From Utricularia gibba (Eukaryota; Plantae; Magnoliophyta): a DNA stretch of 64,000 nt. The notes beneath the pieces were generated by a model. The model was not told the DNA's origin. It did no database searches and saw nothing but the letters and a program-made list of their open reading frames with translations. The position numbers were made by a program, and so were the translations under genes. Positions 53,592 to 64,000 of the stretch are shown in pieces. Position 1 is the first letter of the stretch; every line of letters begins with the position of its first letter. The stretch is from positions 2,294,001 through 2,358,000 of the forward strand of contig NEEC01000016.1 in NCBI GenBank assembly GCA_002189035.1, read 5' to 3'.

Positions 53592-55016
53592 TGATAAATG
53601 GAAATTTTAGCAATGTCGTTGCAATTAAAGTAAATCTTCGTATCAAATAAATTTATAGACCCTAATCCTCACAAAATACAAATTAAACACAAAGTGTACA
53701 GTGGAATTCGGGGTCGATCACAAGGAGCTTGTGCTTGCTAAGTATTTCAATAGATGCATAATTCGAGATAATAGGAAATCTTGGTCTAAGCTCAGACTAG
53801 CAGTGACAAGTATGTTCAGTAAACGAAATCAGGTTTCAATGCAAAAAGTAACAAGTACTGGTTCTAACTCAGAAAAATACCTAGATACCATAAGGGTCTA
53901 CGGGTGGTGTGGTGCTAAAATGTCTAAGTTAAATTACCATGTTCCTACACTCACAACTTCAAATCACCTAGGTCTACCTAGGTCATTCATCATATTTTCA
54001 GCTAAGCTAGTCCCCAATATCATCACCAACCTTACAATTAGGTCTACTCGCATGCAAAGCATATAGAACTAGGTCTACCCGGTTCTACTGGTTCTACCTC
54101 AGACTAACACCTACTGCTCCCATCTTGATTTGTTGGTCTACCTCTAAATCAAGTATCTAAGTTGTGAAGCTACTTGTTCCCCTTCTTAGATCTACCCATG
54201 GATTAATAGAAACAAGAGCTAAGAAACAATGATAAATTTTATTAAGAATCCTAGACCCACACTCCCATGCTTTACGTTAAGGAATCCCTAGGGTTTTGGC
54301 TACTCATACTTTGAAGGTAAAACATGATAGCATTAACATAAAACAACGAAAATGTCAAGAACATCATGAAAGAGTTGGTTGCAAAAACGAAAAACATCAA
54401 CAAACGAAAGTAAGATAGTAAGAGTTCTGGTTTCCGTCTACTACTATTCCTGGATCGGAATAGTAGCGCTGAACTAGTTCTGATGCTGTTCTTGAGGATG
54501 AAGTTCTTCTTCTCTTCTTCTTGTCGGTGTTCTTCATGTTGGAGGTGTTGTTGTTGGTGGAGAATTTGTTCTCCCAAACATTCCTCGATGATGGAGGGAA
54601 AACCCCTCCGTTCGGGCCCCTTGGGGGAGAAGCCCCTCGTGCGTATTCTGAAAAATGTATTGTCCCTTTGCGATTCTATCTCATTGCATTTCCCAAAGCG
54701 GGTACGGTTTCTGACAGCTCTGCTGCTCTTGCCCTTGACTTGCAGACTGCTGTCGTGACAGTATTCTCATTGCTCCCTGCTGCATGGTGACTTGCACGCG
54801 ATCCCTGTTTCTTCCATGATTTTCAGGTAGCTGCTGGGCTCAAAATTGGGTTGGAACATGGGTGGGATAAATCCAAGGATTTAGCTCACTAACACACAAA
54901 AAAAATAACATTTTCCTAAATCACATAAAAACACTTAAAACTATAAAATAAACAATTAAACATAATTAAAACTTGTAATTTTCTTATCCTAAAAGTGGGA
55001 AAATCTTATGCTATCA
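53592..55016 (-). mobile_element. Athila-like solo LTR (1425 bp)
   Basis: TGATAAATGG...GCTATCA; perfect TSD GGGGT; homologous to the 46711 LTR. Confidence 0.92.
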
Positions 55017-56473
55017 GGGGTGTAGTTTAGGAATCTACCCAAAGGGTGTGTGTATGGGCTTTTGTAGGTTGGATGAGCAGTCCTTTGTTGGGAATTTCAC
55101 GACTACCTTATAGTATTCTAGCCACATGAGATGGTACATGGGCATGGGAAGGCCCGAGCACTCTTCTAGAACACCTCCTCCCTTATAATATTCGAGATAA
55201 TGATACTAAACATCAAACCATTGAAAAAGGCATCATTTTTGGGATTACTTGGGCACAGGTCATCACCTAATAGTATCACGTCATGATATATACTCCTCTT
55301 GTACGATATTTTCTATTTTGGGAATCTAACCCTCATGATTTTATGTTCATTCCTTTAGAGAATAAGGTGTCATAAAAAATTAGGACACTTTTATTTAAGC
55401 ACGTCATCTCCCTTCTCTGTAACTAATGTGGGATATTGTTAAGTATCATTTTTTAGTTGTTTATTATGTATTATTATGGGTTAATCTAGTATAAAGTCAC
55501 CCAAATTAGGAGTTATATTTATAAGTATTTGATTTTATTAGAGAATTCATATTTTTGTATTTTGTACATATTTTGTTGTCTTTTTTTGTGCACTTTCACC
55601 CAAAATGTTAGGAGGCAGGCTTGGATTGTTGCAGGAGACTTGCAAGAGACTAGATACTAACATTTCGTGCTTTGCATGTGACTTTGGTCAATTGTAGGTG
55701 GAAGACTGAGGCCCTATTTATTTTTGCTTCAATATTAATGGTTCAAAAAAAGTGATTTTATTGAATCGCTTTTGTTGGAGCAAAGATTGTTTTCAAAACT
55801 GCTTTAAATACTTTTGAAGCAGATTTGTTTTCAATGTGTTTTCTAAGAAGTGATTCTATTTTATAATAAATTACTCTTTTACCCTTTTCATTATAATATA
55901 TAGAATCAATCAGTTTCCCATTAAAATTAGATCTGCTATGCGTGAACTGATTGAATCTGTGAAATCCAAAAAAAAACTACTAGAATACAGATCCAAGGTA
56001 GTTGTTTTGTATTCAAAGTTTTTGGTAGAGCCCATTTCATTATTTTATTGCAAAGTTGGTGTTTGATTAGATTGAGCTGGAACCCTTTTCTTCATTCTAT
56101 TATTGCATTGGAACTTTTTGAATTGTTTTGATTATTGTTTGAGATGTGCAAGTAGAGATTTTGCAGTTCTAAATCTAATGAAAATACATTTTATTCATAG
56201 AGAATTTAAGAAAATTGATGATAAAACCAAGGTGATAAATTTTAATTGGTAATTTGATGCTCATTCGTAGAAGTAATTCTGTCATTTATGACTCTTTGCT
56301 ATAATTTATTACAATCTCATTACATCTCTACGCTTGAGAAAAAGTATAGGATTTTCATTCATTGTAATCTTTTCTAAAATTCATTAACTCAAAGCTATAT
56401 TATTTTAGTTTTCTAATAGCTTCCTCCGAATTCTGTTTTTTGGTTTTTAGTAAGACATATTGCAATTTTTCAG

Positions 56474-56824
56474 ATGTCAGATGATAGTGGATATTCAACT
56501 GAATTCAGTTCGAGTGACAACAATGAAACATCCTCAAATAGTTTTGAGCATACAAGGAAAATAATTGAAAGATCATTCGGCATATGGAAAAAGAAATTTA
56601 AGTTGGTTAATGATATTCCTTCTCCAATTCATTGAAAAACTCAGATTCAAATAATTATAGCTACAACGGCTATACATAATTTCATTAGAATTATGAATAT
56701 GAATGATCCAGATTTTGAGGAAGATGCAATGGAGTATGATGATCAATACATGATAAATGATGTAGATGATAATATGGACAATGAAATGGATGCAATCTGA
56801 GATACGCTTCGGGCGAGAATATAA
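56474..56824 (+). pseudogene. Internally deleted Harbinger nuclease (acidic N-terminus fused to C-terminal region)
   Basis: MSDDSGYSTEFSSS...HTRKIIERSFGIWKKKF...TQIQIIIATTAIHNFIR...EMDAI*DTLRARI*. Confidence 0.8.
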
Positions 56825-58256
56825 ACTGATACTTGAGAACTTTGTGTATTGTTTGCGTAGCTTGTTGGGAATTGATCATTTGTACTTGTACTTGTTTATG
56901 AAGGTTTGATGATATTTCATAGTCTTTGGAATATTAATACAATAATATTCGAACAATTCATGTGATTAAAGCTATTGTTTTCATTAAAACCATCAAAGTT
57001 ACACATTGTTTTCAATTTTACCATCAAACATTAAAATTAAAGTAATAAAATAAGATTGTATCCACAGGGAATTGTTATTGGAATTTTCTTTTCAAAACAA
57101 GGACTTAAAAAGATTCAAAACAAAAGAAAGATTTGGTTTTGAAAACAATAAGGAAAGTAGCATTGGATTTATAATTCACCTTACTTGAAACTCGTCCTTA
57201 CGTGTGTGCAAACCTTGAAGACCGACCTGCTTGCGCAAGCTCTGGAGGTGTTATTCTAAAGTGGTGCTACTCGTTGACCGTTATAGCACCGTCCCTTGTT
57301 TTGTGGGATTATGGAATCAACTATGCCACCAGAGCCATTTCACCTCTTGTGATAGCTCATGTTTTCCCCACACCCAAATCTAACCCCTACACCTCACACC
57401 TCGCAGACGGATTAGATAGAATGTGCCTTACTAACAATGTCCGATTGAGCCCTTCTCCTTAGGTGCTTAAGGCCAACCTTTAATTCTCTCACACTCCCTT
57501 CGGGTTATGTGATACTAAAGAGCATGTTGGTAAAGAAAACGTTGCGAAAAACAGAATCAAACCTCAATTTAAATGTCGAAAAACATAGTAAAACAGTCAC
57601 ACGTGCAGGACTTGCACAAGCAAGGCTTCACCGTAGATCCTCAGCCACAAGCACCTACACGTGCAGACTTGACTCTAATATGAAAATAGACACGAAAATA
57701 GGAAAAGTACAAAGGAAAAGTGGTCAAAGACGTCTCTAATGGTTGAGAGAGTTGGGTATTTATAGGAGAGTAATAGAAAAACATGTTTTGAAACGACACA
57801 AAATCACTTATCATAAAGCATTAAAAACTTTCTTATTTCAATAAAACCATTAAACATATCAAAATCTCTTCATTTTAAAAATAAACATAAAAAAAAATGA
57901 TTTTTATTTGCCAAAATCGTTGGCCAAGCCTATTTAATGAAAGTATATTTCAAGTTAAAAGAAAATTTTGTTAAATCTGTTAAATATACATACAATTTCA
58001 ATGATTTTGTGAAAATTATTAAGAATTTCATTAATTTAATTTTATGTATATCTAATAAAATAATTTTCATTTATAATTTTTAAACTATTAAACTATTCTA
58101 AATCATTACCAAGAAGTTGTTCTAATCTAATCAACACTTCAAACTCATATGATACAATTATAAAAAAGGAATAGCACAACAAGATGGGCTGTGTGTACTG
58201 AAAAAGAAAATTTCTTGTTGTATTTGTATTAGCATTCGATCTTTAGGTATGATTCG

Positions 58257-58451
58257 GATCGAGTGGATATTTATTTATTTTAAATTTATATTAACGCTCA
58301 ACCCTTAGGAGCAATTTAGATCGAGTGCATATTCATTTATTATAAATTTTAATTCACAATTGATCCTTAGGAGCACTTTAGATCGAGTGCATACTCATTT
58401 ATTTTAAATCTTAATTAGCGTTCAATCCCTAGGAGCAATTTAGATCGAGTA
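58257..58451. repeat. 62-bp tandem repeat, three full units plus a partial one (GATCGAGTGCATA...CCTTAGGAGCAATTTA)
   Basis: GATCGAGT recurs at 58257, 58319, 58381, 58443. Confidence 0.9.
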
Positions 58452-58699
58452 CACACGACAATGCCACATGGGCGTGGTTTACACTTGTAGATACACGCAA
58501 CAGCATGACAACGCCACACGGGTGTGGTTTATGCGTAAACCACGCTCGTGTGCACAGGCAGCAGCCACAAGGCCATATAGCCGTAGTTTACATATAAACC
58601 ATGCCTGTATGCACACGTGCTACTGCATGTGTCTACGGGCGTAAACCACGTCCGTGTGGCCTTGTGGTGCTGCTGCGTATGCACACGGGCGTGGTTCAC

Positions 58700-59182
58700 A
58701 TAAACCAATACAAGAGGTTTAACCCATACAAGAGACATCCGAACACAAGCTTTCAAAACATTTTGAAAAGCTTTGTGAATTGTATCTGCACCATGCTGAA
58801 AAAACTCTTGTAATGCTCGATTGGTTTCTCTGTGACCTACAGCTTTAAGAGAGATTGCAACTTCTTCTTCTACCGTAATATATTTCCTCTTCTTTAGACC
58901 ATATTCATTCACCAATAGACCGCAAAATTGAAGAAACGTATGAGTGTTCATACGCAATGAATTATAAGCTCGAGAATCATGCCCATTAAGCATATTCAAA
59001 AGTAAAGACCATCCACTAGTAGGACGATTGTTGATGGGTTGCTTCAGTAAGTAACGTTCATGGTACTGTGCTACGAGACCCATGATTTGCTCAATCTTTG
59101 AAGTATCTCCATCTTCAGAACCTGAACTTGCTTCTGAAGAACCACATGACATATCTTCTTCGAAAGATTGTGATGAAGACAT
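58700..59182 (-). pseudogene. Harbinger nuclease N-terminal half, truncated before the DDE domain
   Basis: LRMNTHTFLQFCGLL...VEEEVAISLKAVGH..TNRALQEFFQHGADTIHKAFQNVLKA; fused to unrelated repeat DNA at about 58700. Confidence 0.88.
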
Positions 59183-59230
59183 TGAGAAAACTTGGTTCAA
59201 TAGATTGAAAGTTTAGCTATGTATATATAA

Positions 59231-59390
59231 GCACCCACTTTAGTTCACAATCATCCACTTTAGTTCACGCGCATCTACTTTAGTTCACGAGCATCCACTT
59301 TAGTTCACGAGCATCCACTTTAGTTCACGCATATCCACTTTTGTTCACGTGCATTTACATTAGTTCACGAGCATCCATTTTAATTCACAA
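59231..59390. repeat. 20-bp minisatellite x8 (GCATCCACTTTAGTTCACGA)
   Basis: Eight in-register units read directly. Confidence 0.95.
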
Positions 59391-59529
59391 AAATTACTTT
59401 AAGTCATAAGAATCACTTTAAATAAAAGTATTGTCATAATAAAAATCAAATCTAAAGTAATGTCATCAGAATAACCATACTAATGTCACGAAAACAATAA
59501 AAAGTAACATAATACAGTAGCATACCCAT

Positions 59530-60586
59530 CTACTTATGTGGGGAACTAGCAGTAGACCTCAAGTCACTAGACATGGTCCCATGTGAAGAACCAGTAGTCG
59601 TGCAATGATCATTAAGCCATGCTACTCGATCTTCATCACGATCAAGCGCTAGAAATATCTCTCGATTAACTGTTCTAGTAAACAGACGGAGAGCCATACA
59701 CCAACATGTATCACCTCGGTTGATTCCTGCAGTTCGTTGCAAAAGCTCAACACATTTAGCAACGCTGAAGTCTGTCTTCAAGTTCTTCCGGTAGGTATTG
59801 TTCTCAGCGATCTCCTTCATCGATTTAGCAATTATGTCACTGTTGGTAGAACGACGACCTTTGCGTTTTTTTTTATGAAGAATTTTCGCCCTCGTTCGAT
59901 ACTGGAATTGAACCTTGTCCAGAAGGAGGTGTACCAAAGTCATCAATAGGAGTGAAATCCCAAATCAAACCTGTGTCCTCAATCGGTTGGGAATCATGAT
60001 TTTCATCGAAATCTTGAGGAAGAATACCATAATTTGGTGTATAACTATGCTCCCCATATGCAATGATACCATCAAAAAGTTTTTCTTGAATCTCAAGATG
60101 TGGTGGTGGTCCATCACGGTATTTCTTTGCATCTGGATTCTCCTAAACACAGAAAAAAAACATCAAATAATGAATCAATCAAAATAATGAAGTATATACC
60201 AATAAGTACTAGCATATAAATATAATCGTAAAATATACCGTAATTCTTTCATTCCACCACTCTTCTTCAGCCAAGATTGTATTTTTTTCACGATCCCAAC
60301 CAGTACCTGTCCAATTCTTTAGGCGATTCCACAATGTCCATAAACCTCGCAGTTCTGTCCATTTGTTCTTTATTTGCTTCATTGTGTACTCATCACCTGT
60401 TTTATCATTCAAATTTTTCAAGATATTGTTCCATCCTTGCTTGTTAAAAGAAGTTGTTGGTCTGTTTCCTGCCTCGGTTTCAGTTAAACAAATCTGCAAA
60501 AATAAGAGAAGTCGTCCAGATATCTTGTCCCATTTTGCACTTGGTTTCTTGATGGGTAATTTCGCTCTACCAATAGAATTATCCAT
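59530..60586 (-). pseudogene. Harbinger Myb/SANT-like DNA-binding protein; 2 coding exons (60586-60239, 60142-59530); one frameshift at about 59875
   Basis: AKWD...FNKQGWNNI...QIKNKWTELR..W..LKNWTGTGWDREKNTILAEEEWW; ENPDAKKYR; C-terminal FSVAKCVELL...REIFLAL..RVAWL; GT-AG intron. Confidence 0.9.
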
Positions 60587-60794
60587 CAGAATTTGCAGTC
60601 AGTGTGAATTTGATTTTTGTACCTGTCAAGTAAGATTAAATAAATATGAATTGCTATAGTTCAAATATGAAATAATCAAAATGGAACAAATAAACTATAA
60701 CATGCAATTAATTGTGATGTTGTGCACATAGGTGATGATCAATAAAGTGAAGAATAAAGTGACCACATTCTTTAAGTGATGAATATCCGTTTGA

Positions 60795-60995
60795 GCATTC
60801 TCTAAAACAATTCCCACACAAGGCACGTGTTTCCTTACTTCATGTATCCTCCAATTATGGCAGTCCAATTTACCACATTCCTTTGAGGCAACGAACACCT
60901 TCCTCAAGCTCACAACATCCCCACATTTATTGTAGATATCAACCAAATAAGTACCCACTATTACATGATTTCCTTATACTATTTAGCAACCCATT
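60795..60995 (-). pseudogene. Captured PLS-class PPR gene fragment inside the Harbinger
   Basis: HVIVGTYLVDIYNKCGDVVSLRKVF, frameshift, then RNVVNWTAIIGGYMK*GN...WELF*RM. Confidence 0.8.
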
Positions 60996-62931
60996 CATAT
61001 TTCAGATATGAAAAGTAGAGAAAACTCACAGATTGAAATCAGACATTATGCATTTAGACTGATGAAAAAATGAAAAATACAGAGGAAAAATTATTAACCA
61101 GATGACTTACCGCTTGGAAAATCGTAGGAGCACTAATTTCTGTGCTGAAACTGGTACATATCGAAGATGGACTTGCGCTTCCTAGGGTTTGTTGCTGAAA
61201 TCCCCTTTCATTCTTTATCGGTTTTAGAAGGGTATTCTAGTGAATAAAGCGTGAGAAGTAAAAGTGGAGATAAGAAGTAGCCCATGTGCTACTTCTCATT
61301 TATTAAAGAAAGAAGGAGCAGTAGAAGTAAAATGGACAGCAAGAAGATAAGTAGAATAACGTGTTGTTCTGTGAAAATTTTAATTCTACTTTTTTTTTAA
61401 AAAAAAGTAGAATTTATGTGATGAGAAGTTGTGCCGAACATGCACTTAGAAGTGCTTCAATATTTCTGCTTCAAAAAACTCAAAAGTTGTTTCTGTTTTC
61501 AACAAAAATCGCTTTAAAAGCACTTCATTTGAAGCAGAATCAGAAATAAACAGACCTTGACACTATTCAGGACTCCTGACTTATAGTAAGTCAAAGTCTG
61601 CAGCAATGATTAGGTACTTACTTGCACGTATGGAAAAGTTGGTGGCGCATGCAAGATAGAAAGAATGATGGAAGAGAATCATAAGGAGTTAATGCACGTG
61701 GGGAGTAAGATAAAGCCAACTCGTAACACTTGTTTTAAAACTTTTGACACTTACTTTTCAAACTTAGAACTTTTGGTTCTTCATCTCCTCCAATGGAGGA
61801 AGGATACTTTAGCTTTCCATTTTCGTTTCTGTTTTCATGACCATTCATGACTAGACTCTTTTAGTTTCTGAGAATAGATGAAATTTCCTTCCAAGTCTTG
61901 AGTACTAATCTCGGTTCTTTGCTGAATTCATTCCGGATTTTGCATACTTCCACACGTCTTGTTGTAATCTTTCTGTAACGTTTCCTAGTCACGGTCCATG
62001 AGCAGCAGGCCACTTCTCATTGATTTTGATGAAGAGTGAGGTGAAGAGCACCATCTCCAACCCTATTGGTTCGAGAGAAGTAGCAAATTGTTTGTGACAT
62101 AGGTACTACGACAATGAATAGGTAGTGACCTTGTACCTGTCATTGGTCATTGACAATAGTTGGACACATACGCAGAATTCAGTTTTGAGGGCAATCGAAG
62201 ACAATCCACTTGTCTTCTCAATCGTCCAAGGGAGAATCACTTGAGACTATTCCCGTGCATCCTTATCAATTGAGTGTAAGGAAGAGTAGGCTATACCTTA
62301 CTCTTATAACCACCTATTTGGAAGGAATCAGTGAAAGCCGAGGCAAAGATAGATAAAAAGAGTAAACAGAATCAATTTTCCAGGAACTGCAATCTTAATC
62401 AAAGTCCATTACTTGCATTATAACTGTTATTTATGTACTTTAAAAAACTTCTTTTATGAACCCGTGACAATTTGTACAAGTTTTCTACAAAACACTTTTC
62501 GCAAAACTCAACTCCATGAGATCAACATTCATACTATGCTTTATTGTGTTTTATGTTTTTTTAAATTAAAATTAGTTGAAGAAACAATACGCAACAGATA
62601 CTGTTACTAGGTCTTTGACCTTACATTCTCTACCACTAGGCACCCAACATCCTCATTGAGTACCCCTTATCCCACCATTGATATGTGCCCCTATTTGACT
62701 TTAATACCAAATGCCGCGACTCATGCTACTCTCGTATGAGATTGTGTGCTTTGGACATCTAATACTTACGATTTTACCTTATCCCCTCCTAGAGAAAAAA
62801 ATCTCAAGGTCCCTTTATTTAAGAATATATCATCTTCCATTTACAACTAATGTGAGATATTATTATTAGATTTTTACCCTTACATTGTTTCCTCATGATT
62901 TACATAATATTATGAAATTTTACAATTAATT

Positions 62932-63136
62932 TGTAAGGTCAGAGGCCTTGTGGTGGTATTCCACATTAGTTGCGAATGGAAAAGAGGATGTACTTAAATA
63001 GAGAAACACTTCTAATCTGTGAAATTTTTTTTGTAGAAGAAAATAACGTAAAATTATACATCGAAATAGCATAAAACTGTAAATATTATATGCCCAAAAT
63101 AGATGATATCATACAAGGTAAAGATAGTTTGTTACA
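62932..63136 (+). mobile_element. TRIM solo LTR (205 bp)
   Basis: TGTAAGG...GTTACA; perfect TSD TAATT. Confidence 0.82.
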
Positions 63137-63922
63137 TAATTACTATAAATTATTCATTAAACATAATATGGCGTACCAAACAAATCTTGAATTTTAATAA
63201 GGTGGTGCGTGTTGATACATCATCTAAATATATAATTGACGAGTGGATGGTATTTATGTATTGTTTTGTCGACGATGGTGTGTATTTTCAGAAGTCAGGA
63301 CCCTACGGAGCGTTGACTGGTCAAAAGCAGAAAACCAAGAGAAAGCAACCTGCGCAGGTAGCGATTGGCTCCGCACCCCAACGGATCGCGCTGCAACATT
63401 TATCTTTTTGTTGACCAGTTGCCTCTTCTACAATTCGCCGCTGATTCGCAGGATTTGCTCCTTTCCTGGGCATGTTTTAGGGAGAGCTGTCGATGTTCCT
63501 TTGTTCTTTTGGAAGCCGTTCTTGATTCCTGAACAGATAGGTAAATAAAGGTTTCTAGGTTTTCATTTTCCTCTTCGTCTGCGTCGAACCCTCTTTTGTT
63601 CGGTCGATGGTTGATCCAGATCCTGTGTTGGTTGCCTTTATCCGGGCTATAATTATCCTTTCCCTTTGCGTCTAGATAGCCAAGAGGGAGATATTTTGGT
63701 TGTTTATGTTTCAGATCTAGTTGCTGGTTGTGGAAACCTTAACTGCATCATTAAAGTTTGTTCCGTTTCTATGTGATTTTTCAAAAAAGGTCCGGTACAA
63801 GATTTGTGCCGAGGGGTTTCCTGATTTTTGTAGGGTATACTGTCACTTTTTTTGTTTTAACTCTTGGTTTCGGTTGCAGAATCTTCTGGGATACGTATGC
63901 TTATACTGCTTACAGAGAGAGA

Positions 63923-64000
63923 ATGAGCGCGATGAATATACACTCTTCAACTGGTGCTAAAGATGGCAGTAAAAATCCTGGTGTGTTGGACAGGCTGCCG
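63923..64000 (+). CDS. N-terminus of a probable SHAGGY/GSK3-like kinase (clade I type); runs off the window; 5'-UTR intron 63541-63879
   Basis: MSAMNIHSSTGAKDGSKNPGVLDRLP resembles the G(V)DRLP(EEMNDMKI) N-terminal motif; GT-AG leader intron; only 26 codons visible. Confidence 0.6.
   Translation, partial: MSAMNIHSSTGAKDGSKNPGVLDRLP

Larger units (their letters stand above)
55710..61557. mobile_element. PIF/Harbinger DNA transposon (5848 bp), composite and defective
   Basis: Imperfect TIRs GGCCCTATTTATTT and AAATAAACAGACCT; 3-bp TSD TGA on both sides; contains Myb/SANT and nuclease remnants. Confidence 0.85.
55437..62596 (+). mobile_element. Athila-like solo LTR (family C, about 1309 bp net) interrupted by a Harbinger
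   Basis: TGTTAAG...GCAACA; TSD GATAT/GATAC; flanks of the Harbinger rejoin to match paralogous LTRs. Confidence 0.85.
55274..62884 (-). mobile_element. Complete TRIM (5' LTR 62712-62884, PBS, about 85-bp internal region, PPT, 3' LTR split into 62597-62625 and 55274-55436)
   Basis: Minus strand: LTR TGTAAGG...; PBS TTGGTATTAAAG (iMet-like); PPT AGTGGTAGAGAA; the halves of the 3' LTR rejoin to match the 5' LTR; TSD not recognisable. Confidence 0.75.

Noticed and set aside
58529-58700. C-terminal part of the 223-aa ORF in the track
   Set aside because: This is read-through from the truncated nuclease into unrelated repeat DNA, not a real protein tail.

Overview
AT-rich plant nuclear DNA dominated by nested, decayed transposable elements. 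These include Ty3/gypsy Tat/Retand, Athila-like and Tekay-like fragments, copia-like LTRs, a TRIM family, an Ac-type hAT, a MULE and a PIF/Harbinger. At least eight solo LTRs have readable target-site duplications (TSDs), and no retroelement is intact. Host-type sequence comprises one intact 8-exon ferredoxin-dependent sulfite reductase gene (30050-32696, 628 aa), the start of a probable SHAGGY/GSK3-like kinase gene at the right edge, a decayed hnRNP F/H-type qRRM pseudogene, and a mosaic plastid insertion (atpF, ycf1, ycf3). The most unusual observation is in two copies of an Athila-like family: the polypurine tract before the 3' LTR is replaced by a 17-nt sequence matching the 5' end of tRNA-Asp, the tRNA that primes this lineage. 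This could indicate tRNA-fragment priming of plus-strand synthesis. Also notable are a four-level TRIM > Athila LTR > Harbinger > cargo nest with a captured PPR fragment and two opposed nuclease remnants, and an inverted pol-pol junction with templated filler DNA. All assignments were made by eye or from recalled motifs; no database searches were run.
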